This document shows, in pieces, positions 1-13,100 of a stretch of 64,000 nt of DNA (the stretch's first letter is position 1; every line of letters begins with the position of its first letter). The notes under the pieces are model-generated. The model saw only the letters and a list, made by a program, of their open reading frames with translations. It was not told the DNA's origin and searched no databases. The stretch comes from Nemertoderma westbladi (lineage: Eukaryota; Animalia; Xenacoelomorpha), in the NCBI GenBank assembly GCA_032718475.1, contig JAUCBJ010007494.1, positions 18,243-82,242 of the forward strand. Direction: 5' to 3'. The translations under genes and the position numbers were made by a program.

Positions 1-2409
1 GTTATAATTAAAACAGTCAATTTGATATATTCTTCCGATTCCATAGGCGGCTTACACACCAACTCCCACCCTACAGCCCTATTTATCCCAATCCATCAAT
101 TTTTGTCACAGGTGGTCTGAGGATACTACATTATACAAAATGAGTTTTCCAACCTGATAACTCTGTTTAATTTGACAATGTTTATAATAATAACTTCACC
201 TCGATCCATATACCATATGCATCAAACAGTCTTGCAATGTAATAAATCTGCCCAATAACTCATTGAACCGGAAGGACTCCCCTGGCTGACAACATATATC
301 AAAGCTAAAGTAAACACTATCTCTCCTTCATAGACTTATGTCTTCAATATACTACCCAGAGACAGTCAGTCCCAGGTTATACAAAATTAGTTACCTCGGA
401 GCCAGCAGCTGCTACAGAGTATTACATAACACAAATCCATTTACTATAACATTGCCTTTCTTTCCATTTCTTTGTCACATTTTCTCAGTTACCCCCCCCC
501 CCCCCCCCCACACCCCTCCCCACCCCTATAAGCAGTCTCATCAAACCACCTGAACTATTGCAGGAGTTAAAAGTATCACATTGTCCTAATCCAAATCAAC
601 TTGAGAGACAAAGAGCAGCGTTTATTTATTTATTTTTCAGATACATCGCCAACACTTTCTTATTTTAGTTCATATTAAGTATAACTTATAAACTCTTAAC
701 CCAGTGGCTCCCTACTGTAAGAAATGTACGTACGCCAAATGTCAATATGTGCACCGCCTCGTCGGATTCCGAGTGGCCCACACCCGCCCAGGTGTGCCCA
801 CTGCGGATCTTCCGTAGTAAACCAATTTGGTCAGGTCAAATCCAAACATTCGCTGGAGATCACCAAATGGGGCGCTATGTGAAGTACCGTGCAGACACGA
901 TGATGACGATGATATCTCATTATGGTGCATCGCGACGGCTCAAAATTTCAACCCTTTTGGGATCTGTGAAGATATAGAGGAAAAGAAATTTTTTTTGCTT
1001 TATTTTTTTACCATTTGGCAACTTTTGTGCACCGGTAGAACAATGAAATAAAAAAAAAGTAAAAAACGAACCACCCTAGAAATCATTTTTAAATTTTTTT
1101 GGCCAGACGAATGACGAGGCTCCTATCAGTTGTCCCCCAACTCATTTCAGATTTCTTGTAATGTGGTGGATATTTCAAAATTTTCTGCCACGCCCACTTT
1201 TTGTAGTAGCATGTAAAATTATATTTGAGATGACAACACTCAATAGTTTAACCACTTAAGACATTCCCCATAAGAGCTTCTCGTATCATCCCCATAAGAG
1301 CTTTCCCCTTTTTGAGATTTTGAATAGCCTAATGTACCTCCTCTTCTTCAAATGGTTCAAATAAAAAGGTTTTAAAGTTATTCCTAGATTAATTTATCGA
1401 GATATTAGTACTTACTGTAGCCAAGTTACAACAGTACCAACAAAATCATATTTACCACTGTTTAATTCCCTGTAATGTTTCTCGAAAGTATATTGATATC
1501 AGTATTACCAGTGTCACATTCGTTGCCGCTACATTTCTGTTTCCAAATTTTTTACTGTCTCTCTGGCTGAGACTTGCTAGAATTTTTGACTGACTTAATT
1601 TCTAGTCATGTCTCGAATTCCGTAAGACTTTCTATATTTAATACGGGCCTCGTTTACAAGATGATATGATGCTGTTGTTATTGCAACGGCATTTATTTAC
1701 TTTATTATTTAAATCCATAGGCAGGCCTACACCGCATTATATATTTCACTAAATTCCGAATTACCCCCCGTCACCTTTTATATTAACCCTATTGACATAT
1801 GGTCTGCGTGACTTTTCCTAAAATTTAATGGGCTATCCAACAGCCAAAACGCCATTTACATGACTATGCTAGTTTTCGTGCTGTGGTCCCGTGTTCTGGC
1901 ACCCATCATCAGTTTTTTTCGTGCAAAAATTTTCAAAAATTTTTTGGCTCACTAACTAACATCAATTTATTTCCAGTATATAACGGTTTTTAGGAAGCTG
2001 ATCACGAATCAAATATGACACTGAAATATATCGTATATTGAAGATTAGGGCATTTTAGTATTTGTGTCAATATGCGCACCAAAAATACAATTGAAGCACA
2101 CATTTGATAATCAAAAATCATAACCAAATCAACCTGATTGTTAGATATTATGGGTTAACTGGTACGCTGATAACGAATATGACACCCAAAAATATCGTAT
2201 TATCCATCAAAATTCTATATTTGCAAAATTTAAGAGTTTATAATTTTGTGCTAGGCCTACTTGTACTTTTTGTTCTGGGGCACAAGAATGGCACCAAAAA
2301 TGGATCTGCATTACCGGAAATATTTATAACTATCGTCATCGTGATCAGCGACCTCAAAAACCCTTATACCATCAAAATTGTAATTTCTCGGAGTCGGATT
2401 GATTTAAAG

Positions 2410-2713
2410 TCGGATTGGGCTGAGGCTGGTGGAAGGGTGGAGCTGCAGCCACAGTGGGTGGTATAGGGAGGAGCAATTGGATTGGGCTGAGTCTGGTGGG
2501 AGGGTGGAGCTGGAGCCACAGCGGGTGGCATAGGGAGGAGCAGTTGGATTGGGCTGAGGCTTGTGGAAGGGTGGAGCTGGAGCGACAGCGGGAGGTATAG
2601 GGAGGAGCAGTTGGATTGGGCTGAGGCTGGTGGATAGGTGGAGCTGGAGCCACAGCGGGTGGTATAGGGAGGAGCAGTTGGATTGGGCTGAGGCTAGTGG
2701 AATGGTGGAGCAG
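2410..2713. repeat. Left fragment (about 4.5 units) of the 67-bp G-rich satellite
   Basis: Same unit as the 20313-28851 array (GCTGGAGCCACAGCGGGTGGTATAGGGAGGAGCAGTTGGATTGGGCTGAGGCTGGTGGAAGGGTGGA); abuts truncated element A. Confidence 0.95.
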
Positions 2714-2715
2714 CT

Positions 2716-4161
2716 CATCAAGCCCAAATGTGTGTTGTGCGACGGGCCCCATTGTTTAAGTGTGTGTGAGGAGTTCCTAAAGAAATCCCTAAAAGATAGA
2801 CGCAAAGTCATGTGGGATAAGCGGTTGTGTTATAATTGTCTCAGACGAGGACACCAACGGCGAACCTGTTACTCCGACGCAAGGTGTGCAAAGTGCGGCG
2901 CGAAACATCATATTTTGTTGCACACCGAATTCGAAAGAAACAGCCCGAGTCAGGTAAGTGAATCTGAACTACATGTCCAATTCAGTGATGTGAACGACAC
3001 TGACCAAAGTTCTGAGATGGAAGAATTCTATACGGATGAATTCTCCGACAAAAACGAATCCTGTTACTTAATAAATACCGCAGTGTACCGAGCACTTACG
3101 TATGAGAAGGAAACCGACAGTGAGCTCCCCCTAACTACTCCTGACAGACAACCATCTTGGAAAGCACCAACTTCCAACGTAGGAATCCGAGAATTTCCCG
3201 TAGTGCAGTTGAGAGTCCACGGAGTAAATAACAGCTTATAGTGAACGCCCTCCTTGACTCCGGCAGCACTGGAACATTCATCGACAAAGAACTAGCCGAA
3301 GACATCTTTGCTGGACAACCCAAGTTCCGAACTAAGTTAAACATGTCAGGAATTATGCATGTTTGGAAATCTACAGTAATTGCAGATTACTATGTAGGTG
3401 CGTTGTCCACCCCCCAGGATGAACTAGGAGAACACAGTATAAGGTCAGTAAAAATGGTGGCGATAAAGAACTTCGCTACCAGCCAAGTGGAACCTTATAA
3501 CTGGGACGAGGATGATTGCACCCAGCAGCTTAAGATACCAAGATTCAACACAGACTACCCTGGAGTGCAAATACTCATCGGCCAAAATGCACATGAGGCG
3601 CTTGAGACATTGGAGAAACGGCCTGTTCAACCGCAACCACTACAAGTCTATGCGGGAAGAACTAGAGTAGGTTGGTACTTTACTGGCCCTTCCCGTAGAA
3701 CTCTCATGGAAAGACTGCCCAAAGAACGGGTCTACCAAGTAAGTAAATGGGAAGTGGAGGGCAGTGAGGTGGACGACCCAACTGAGGGAAGACCATACTC
3801 CTCAGATAATGACGACATCAACTCCAATGTAGATCAATGGAGACATTGCCTTGGGATGATTAATCCAGCCAACATCGCTTCCAGAGGAACAACTCCTCAA
3901 GAACTGATAGATACTCCAGGTTGGTTAAGTGGACCCGACTTCCTAAGTAAAGAAGAAGATGAATGGCCTCCTCATCTTACCACGGCGGAGATTAGACAGG
4001 CCAAGGGAGCGGGGAAAGTAACACAACAACTCAATCGCCCAGCTGGTCGTTTATGTTTACTGGAAAGAGACCGAAAACTGTCCGGAAACTATGGAAGGCA
4101 ATATACTCTTCCTACGACCACTTCCCTAATCCGACAAATATCTAGGGACTCCATAACATAA
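2716..4161 (+). pseudogene. Copy A gag(3' part)-protease remnant, RT/RNaseH/IN deleted
   Basis: Three BEL-type Cys/His knuckles; frameshift near 3235; ALLDSGSTGTFI protease motif; joins to the end of RNaseH (DQWRHC..NPA) and then to the ORF1 C-terminus (LNRPAGRLCLLE). Confidence 0.9.
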
Positions 4162-5780
4162 CAACATACGGAGTGGGTGTGTGACTATATTATTTTGCAT
4201 ATTTTACTATTTTTATAATTATGTATGTATTATTATGTAATTTTATTATAATCGTTTTCTTTAATTTTATTTAGTCGAATATTATTTTAGTGATTATTTA
4301 GTGCAATGTATATATTCGTGTTTATTACTTAATTATGTATATTATATATTTAGTGCGACGGCGAGAAATAATTATTTTCTCTTTCCTTACTGTCCGTATC
4401 ATATTATAAATACGTGACTACAGTAAGATGAAATCTCCGTACTTATTAAAGTACAATAAAGCTCCTACTATATTCGAGTATTATTGGTAAGCAGAGTATT
4501 AGGAATGCAAAGTTCAGATCCTCGTGTCTCGGCTAAACCAAGCTCTGGGTAGACCTTGAAAACGACTTGCCTCTTCTCACTGACATTGCTTCGTGCGATA
4601 TTGCTCTCATGCCGTATATTAAATAATACATATAGTAGCGTGATGTCCCTTTAACAGTAGCGTAAAACGCAAAATAAATGTGTTAAACCCTTTGACCATC
4701 TGCAATTCTAGTCTATTAAGATATCGTGGCACCCACCGATATACTTGAAAGACAAGCTTTAGAATCAGTGGTTAACGTCCCCAGACATGTCTGGAATAAA
4801 CCGGTGCCCATCCTAAATAATAACAATTAATATTTATTAAAATCTGTAAAATTCAGATCCATAAAAATTCTAGTCGATTAAGATATCGTAGCACTTACCG
4901 ATACTCTTAAAAAGACAATTCATAGAATTAAGGATCTTAGTCCCCAGACATGTTCTGGAATAAAATTGTGTCTATTTAATATTAAATAATAAAATTACGG
5001 GAATAAATTTAAATTCATCTCTTTAATGAATTTGATAAATTGTTATTTTATACAATTTATAATATTCCCAAAATTCCATTAATTAATAGATCATGGGAGC
5101 GGAGATTCACCCTATTAAGTGTATTAGTGTGCGAGAATCTCCAATATATAGTCAATAGCCGATAAAATTCATAAAATCATATATAAAGATGATATTGACC
5201 ATTAAAGACTTACTATTAAATAGCATCCCAGATCTGTATGCATGGGAATTACCCTAATTCTACCGCTAGCTTTCCATAATGTTACCATAGCAACAACCAC
5301 GCTAGAATTAGAAGTGAGTTAACAGAACAATAAAAAGCTTGCTCATTGAATAGCATACGGAATAAATAGCACACCGCTAGTATCCAAGGATACATAATAA
5401 CAACGTGACATTCTGGAAAGCACTTGACTACCGGACAAATGACCTGAATGTGTGATAGAATGTGTACAATTTGTGATAGTTACGTGGAATTTGTGCGTTT
5501 GTAGGTGAATGTTACTACTAAGGTGTGTTTTCAGTAGCGAGTCGCAATTGTGAAAGTAACCCTAACTCTGCAGTAAATCTAAGCCCTTGGGACGGACAGT
5601 GGAGTGACTCGTGCTGGTTGTCGTTGTCGTCGTGTAGCTACACGTTGGCAAAAAACACAGCAACGACGATACATCGGTGCTGAGAATCTCGCACTGTCCG
5701 GGGGCAGAGAGGGGTAGGCAGCGACGCCTGCTAGCCTAAATATAAACTCATTATAATATTAATAAACTCATATAGCAGAT

Positions 5781-6746
5781 ATGACTGAGTTGATAGAAGA
5801 TGATCTTGGTATCAGGGAGCGATATACTCTATTTTTACAAGCGTTTGTTGATAGCTTGATACGCAGCGACGCTGGTCCAACTACTATGGAGGACGATGGT
5901 CGTTATATCAAACCGCCAATGTTCCCAAGAGCAGCTCACGCGTGAGTTGGACTATAGAAAATTCACCGCTCGCTATACGCATTGTAATGGTACGTATATG
6001 GACTTCTTAACTACTGGTCATCCTATCGACCTACACGATACGGACGATATAGACACCGAAAGGGAAATGGTTTTATTTAAATATCATACCCAGTGGAAGC
6101 GGAACGATAAACTGAGACTCAAACACGAAAATTCTATTCGAAACCGACTCGAAAGTGAAGATGTTGAAGAGCCGGATAAACGCAGCGACTTCAACAAATA
6201 TCTGGAATTCTTGAGAGAAACATATCTCAATATTACCAGTCAACAGAATCTAGAAACTCGATATCCTCAAGGTATACATCATGACCGCATGGTAGAACTC
6301 AAACGGCTCTATTCCACTATGATGTATCTTACCGCCGATCGACCGCTACCTGTTATACCGGATAGCTTCGAACAGATGGAGGAATATTGTAAAACTGGAG
6401 AACGATCACCCGCGTTTCCCCTACAAGATGTGCGTCTTTGGTATTATTGCGATGAATGCCCTAGACCCAACCAACAAACGGAAAGACATAAACATCCGCG
6501 GAGACGTTGCACTAAACACGGTTTTACTCGCAATACTTGCAGGAGTTTCGAGCGAAATTTGTTTGACGTATCACCTACGCTCATTCGACTCAGACGATCC
6601 TTAAATAAACCAATGATCAGAGTTCAGGAATACTCGATCAGACCTCCTCATTCCCTAACAAGACCTCAGACTCTTGATCCTATTAGTATGACGGATCCGC
6701 CCGAGCTGTACTCACTGTTCAAAGATCTAGTGTTACCTGAACAATT
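5781..6746 (+). pseudogene. Copy A ORF2, 5' part
   Basis: ATG at 5781 (MTELIEDDLG as in C ORF2), frameshift near 5920, homologous up to LVLPEQ where LTR B begins. Confidence 0.9.
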
Positions 6747-7975
6747 TGTAAAAGCTTTTACTGAATTGTCCGGTTATTTTTCCTTATTTTTCCCGTAAAG
6801 TACTCTGTAGTTGGTTTACCAGGCATAAAAAGGCCGTGTCCTTGCTGTACTGGTGTTTTAGCGGACATAAGAGCTATTTCTTCTGTATTTGTACTTTAGA
6901 GGACATAATCCGTAATTCCGTGACGTAAAAGCACGATACTCTTGAAAACAGTGTCGCTACCATGACGACGGCTAGCAGCTGATATTGCCACGTTGACGTT
7001 TCTTTGTTTCTCTGTTCTCTCGTTGTTCAGGTTGACCAATCAGAGCGTTTGTTATCTCTGTGTTGGAGGTATATACAGAAACTCAGTAGTTCAGTGTTAT
7101 TGTTTTTGTCCAGAGCCTAAGAACCGGCTTTGGCACCTCCGTGTTTTAGTTTTTAGTCTTACACTAGTAGGTTTAATTATAAAGGGCATATATCCTTTAA
7201 CGCACCTACCTGACTCATGGAATCACTGCATACTGATGACTGATGTCTGCATACTGCAGTACTGCATACACTGCATACTGTGTAACATTGTGCATACCTT
7301 TATATTGTTATACTGCTATTTACCGTCAGTTCTTCATAATATGGTTGATGAATAATTATATTTGGAATAACGATAAACAACCCCGAAACCCAATGTTCTT
7401 GATATACCGAAGGTAAGAGAGAAGGGTTACAGATAAACGATTGTGACTTATGTTAAAGTGGTTTGAAGTGAATCTAATGTTATTTGATAGACCCTACATG
7501 AGCCAGTCTGTGTTCCTTATATATGTGACTAAAATCAGTGAAGATCGGCAGATTAGTGTGCAGTATTGTGCAGCATTGTGTATGAGTGAGTCTGTTAAAG
7601 AAGCATTCCTAAAGAATGCGCCATATATGTGAATTATAATTAAGCCATATCGTTGTGAGTGGTTTAAGTCATAACTCTGTTTATATAGATAAAGCGCCAC
7701 GTCCTAAAGGAACTGTTAATATTCCCGAAGGTGAATAATATTGTCAGAGATTATATAATACTGTCAGTCGAATAATACATTAGGCTTACATAGCAATAAA
7801 ATTAAACCGTCGAACCCAATCTCCCGGGAATTTCCAGCGGGTGAATGGTCGCGCACGGATTGGTTTCGACTAGTGTAGTGAATCAAATACTTGTCATAGA
7901 CTAAAAACTGATTTAATATCTAGAAGACATCTTAATTTGGTGGGTTAAACTGCCAAAGGTCTGAAAGCGCGAACA
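6747..7975 (+). repeat. 5' LTR of copy B
   Basis: TGTAAAAGCTTTT...GCGCGAACA; matches 17267-18495, with one substitution noticed (6994 T vs 17514 C). Confidence 0.97.
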
Positions 7976-10119
7976 TTAAAGGATATAGCTTCTTTATTGC
8001 AGTAAGCAATAAAGTCGAAAGTACCGGTCGACCGGTAACCAGTAGGCCTGACTGCCTGATCATCCGGACCGGTACCTACAGCAGTATTATTCGATTTTGA
8101 TTGTTATATACCAGTAGGTCTTAATAATTAATCGGGGACGCCTGGTTTTTATTGAGATTTTACTTATTTCTGTCAAGTTTTATTTATTTGTAAGCCAGTA
8201 TTGAACAGAAGGCGTGTAAGCCTGATCAGATTGTACAGACAATTTGTAGGCTGAGCTGTTGTCTGATTGCTGTTAAGTCCGAACGAATTGCAGTGTGTGT
8301 AGAGCACTTGTCCGATTAAGTACGGTTAGGAAGTAGGGGCAGCAACGCTGTAAGGTAATCCCCCAGATAAAGAATAAGTCGCACTACTGGGTTAGAGCGC
8401 ATACTCCCTAATCATTTCGGAGTCTGCATGTCCTGTAGTTTATTTAGGCTTGAGAGTAGTCTGCCATCGTTTAGTCTGTACTTTGTTTGTGTAAGTCTGT
8501 ACGGGTAGCGTATAATTTTATTTAGATAATTTGTAGGCTGGATAGTTGTCTGGCTGTTATTAGGTCTGAACGGATTGCTGCGTGTGTAGATCATCTGTCC
8601 GATTAAGTACGATTAGGCAGTAGGGGCAGTGAACACTGTAAGGTAAACCCCCAACTAAAGAATAAGTCGCACTACTGGGTTAGAGCGCATACTCCCTAAT
8701 CATTTCGGAGTCTGCATATACCGTAGTTTGTTTAGGCTTGATAGTAGTCTGTCAGTGTTCGGTCTGTATTTTGTTTGAGTAGTTTGTACGCGTAGCGTAA
8801 TATTTATTATTCAGAGTTTATGCGATTATTCGCAACATTCAAGTCCCCAAGTTTGTTCCTACAGTAATTGTGTTTGTTATACATACCGCTATAGTTAAAT
8901 TAACCTCGGTACTACACGGGCTGCTCGGCGTAGGTAAAGACTGGTGATTTTGTGCATCGGTCACTCCAGCAGATGCCGTGGTTCTTTTAGCTGTTCAAGT
9001 ATATTTAATTACTGATTAACTGTTGTGCAAGTACTCGTACCTAATTTAGGGTTTAGTGTACAGTGCTTTCCGAGAAGTAATTATTGTAGACATTATATTT
9101 GTGTTGTAAAGTGGTTGATAGGCACATTCGATTAGCTCTATTAACTTCTAGGTAGGAACACTCCGTGATACATAACGTAGAACCTATAGCGATACGGCTA
9201 TAGGTCGTCAGGCGGTGGCATTTTCCTATCTAGACAACGCAGTGTATTTACTACTACTTATTATTTCAAATACCGTAGTACCCTGTCCGCTGTAATAACC
9301 GGTTTTCTAACCCTTTGTTAGGCTGGTTTGTAGAATTCTTGTAAAATTACCCTAAAAATTCGTATTTTGCGTTTTTGTAAAATTTTGTGTTTATTTAGAG
9401 ATTGTAATCTCACCCGAATTGTACGTAATTTGTAGTATTAAGTAACTTAGGTAAATTAGAATTATTTGTTTTAGTGTCTCATAAGTAACACTTCACTGAA
9501 AGCGCACCGCTTTGTGTAGTGATTACCCCCAGAAATAATAACATTTATTTCAAACATTGACAAAACCCATTAAAACGGGTATATATATATTATAAATCAA
9601 ATCTAACGATTTATAAATCGTAGGCCTACAATACAAACATTAGGTCTCAATATAAGTTGGACTACTGCTCAAATAACGGTAATAAAGTAAGTAAGTAACC
9701 AAGTAACCCTAAAGTTCAGAAATTCAGTTATTTTAAAATAATTGATATACCGGTATTTACGATAGGCCTATTATCTTTATTCCTATAAATCTAGGCTGAA
9801 ATTATACCGGTACGTGTAATTAATTCTATTTCAGAATTATATATCCTACAGACTGTAAGCTGTATACCGGTATTCCAGATAGGCCTATTATATATTTATA
9901 TATATTTGTGCTAAAATTATACCGGTATTCGGTGATAAACCTAGTCTGTAATAATAGTTATATATACTATAAGCATACCGGTATTCTAATATATTATATA
10001 TATCACGCTACACTGAGTAGCAGTACCGGTGATTAATTACTAGGCTAGCAGTTAATACTGAGTTACTAGACTTGCTCAGACTGTAATACGGCAGTAGACA
10101 TTCAACTGTACACATAAGC

Positions 10120-13100
10120 ATGTCTGACGCAAAGCAGAACCTGTCAGACAGTCTACTAGATACAACCGAGAGTGAAGTGACAGCAGAGAAACCGCATAAG
10201 AGGGATGCCATTGACATCTATCTGTCAGACTATCAGCGTTTTTTGGGAGATGAAGAGTTGAGGAGAAGGCTAGAGGGACTTAGCCCTAATAGCGAAGGAG
10301 CCAAACTCGTGTTAGATGCGATTGATGTGGATAGGTTAGCGGCGAACCAAGCTAAATTCGATGAACAACTCCGCATCGCTAGAGAACAAGAAGAACAAGT
10401 AAAGAAAAAACGTATAGAAGACAGAAAGATAGCAGCAGTGGCAGAGGCGGAAAGAAAAGCGACCTTGGCAGAAGCAGCGGCAGAGGCAAAAGCGGCAGCA
10501 GCAGAAGCAGAGGCAAAGGCAACAAAAGCAGCAGCAGAAGCAAAGGCAGAGGCAAAAGCGGCAGCGGCAGAGGTAAAAGCGGCAGCGGTGGCGGAAGCAG
10601 AACGGAGAGCATCTGAAGAGGCAACCCAACTAGAGTTGGAAAATCTTCAAGAGAGGCAAGACAACTTCAATAAACAGTTAACAGCTAGTAATATGCAGAT
10701 GATGAGTCGATCTACTCCCAAAAGACAGGGATATACATCATCGGAGGAAGGCGATACCACCGATACTGAAGGCAAAGGAAATAGATCTCGTCTAAGCAGA
10801 CGTAAAAGAACATTCCACCGTCAGAAATTGCCTGATTTGCCTCCAGCTGTTAGAAGGCAACTAAATAACACCAACTTAGGTAGTACAGAGCCCACAGACC
10901 AAATAATTAAAATAGAAAGACTCCCTACTATAGTGGATGAGCCTGAAATAAGTAGGCCTGTTCTTGAAATCACCCCTACGGTAATAGATACATCTGTGCT
11001 CCCTGAAGCTACCTATAAATTCCCTCTACATAGCACTAAGCTACCTGTGCCCCGTAGGACTGCCCGAGAGACAGTTCAGGTCCTGGACCCCGAGCGAAAT
11101 ATTCCGAATTTGTCGCCCGTTGTCCCTTGTCTGCCCGCTACGACGTTGGCGGATCCCGTTTCGGCGGTTGATTGGGTAGACGAGAGACGGCGGGGGATGG
11201 ATATTCTCCTCGGAGAGATGAAGGAGAATCGGATACGCTCCTCCCAACAGGTCCGAGAGTTGGAAGGGACTGTCCAACATTTAAAGGGAACAGTGAGGGA
11301 AAGCAAGTTGGAGTTGCAAGAAGTGCAGCAAAATATCGCGCTAGAGCGCGATAAATTAGTAAGTTTACAAAAGGGTATACCACCACCCTCTGTAACAATG
11401 TGTCAACCTGTTAGGTCTGAAGTATTGCATGCGCAAGGTGTGGAGCCTACACGCATATATACTGCTAGCGAAGTAGAAACTCCTATAGTGAACCCTATTA
11501 AGGGTAATTATAGACCTGTTGATAATGATATTCCCTATAGAACTGATCATAATCCGAGAAATTTATATACCGATAACTCGATATTAAATAGCACGATGGC
11601 CCAAGAAAGTTTTACGCGTCAAATGGCTAGAACCGAAGCCCGGCAAGCGGTAAAGGTTGGAGAGATTGTCAAGTTCAATGGAGATGAGATGAAATGGTTA
11701 CCTTTTAATGAATATTACAAAGATAACATACAGAACTCTGTACTATCTAATGGAGAGAAACTTAGATTCCTCATCGAATGTTTGGAAGGACCTCCCAAGT
11801 CAATGGCGTTAAAATTTATTGGACATCCAGATGGATTAAGACAAGTTTGGGATACACTAAACATCAGGTATGGTAATAGGAATGACATAGCTGGGTATTT
11901 GTATGCAAAATTAATGGCGCCCCGAAAGTTTCTTAGCAGCGGGATTATAGAGTTTTCCGATGAGATTCAGGAGATCTGTAGACAATTAGATTGGCTAGGT
12001 AAGTCTCATGAATACCAGAATTCTATGGTTGTAAGAGCCTTAGCATCTGCTTTGCCCAAGGGTGGAGTAGGTACACGCTGGGATAAGAAGGTGTTATATA
12101 TGATGGAACAACAACGACGAGACCCTACCATGACTGATCTCATGTCATTCTTAGATAGAGAAGTGAAATTACAGCTCCTAAGGCAGTCCAGAGAGAAGAC
12201 ATTGGAAAACAAGGTAAGTGAGAAACCCGTTTCTAGGAGAAGGGTAACACCAGTATGTTATACCGACGACGGTGAAAGCCAAACCTCTCAAGGAGAGGAC
12301 AGCGGGAAAGACACTGACAGACCTTATTATGTCAATAAAATGCCTAAAGAACAGGTAAGTAAATCCAAGTCTCGACCCAATGACAGAAGGGAACCGATAC
12401 AAAAAACCCCTCCTACGTCTCCTAAAGGAATTCAGGTGAGAAAGCCCGAGGAAAGAACAAGTGTGCACCACATAGCACAGGTTAAAGTAAGTAACATCAA
12501 GCCGAAATGTGTGCTGTGCGACGGGCCCCACCGTTTAAATGCGTGTGATAAATTCCTGAGGAAATCACTCGAGGATAGACGTGAAGTCATGTGGGATAAG
12601 CGGTTGTGTTATAATTGCCTCAGACGAGGACACCAACGGCGAACCTGTAACTCCGACGCAAGGTGTGCAAAGTGCGGCGCAAAACATCATATCTTGTTGC
12701 ACACGGAATTCGAACGAAACAGCCCGAGTCAGGTAAGTGAGTCCGAACTACATGTCCAATTCAGTGATGTGAACGACACTGATCAATCTGAGATGGAAGG
12801 ATTCTATACGGACGAGTTCTCCGACCAAAACGAATCCTGTTACCTAATAAACACCACCGCAGTGTATCGAGCACTCGTGTATGAGAAAGACACAGACGGC
12901 GACCTTACCTTAACTACTTCCGATCAACAACCATCTTGGAAAGCGCCAACTTCCAATATAGGGATCCGAGAGTTTCCTGTGGTGCAGGTAAGGGTGCACG
13001 GACCTAAACGGAGTTATGTAGTGAACGCCCTCCTGGACTCCGGCAGCACAGGAACATTCATCGATAAAGAGCTAGCCGAAGATATATTTGCTGGACAGCC

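Noticed and set aside
696-2160. piggyBac-like element starting TTAACCC (also near 29418)
   Set aside because: No matching right terminal inverted repeat or transposase found; at most unclassified repeat fragments.
7230-7260. Hammerhead core CTGATGA in LTR B
   Set aside because: Not conserved in LTRs A or C, and no correctly placed GAAA or stems.
6993-7700. Short ORFs inside LTRs (also 17543-18220, 39354-39605, 55742-55993)
   Set aside because: Frames differ between LTR variants because of indels; conservation is better explained by RNA structure.
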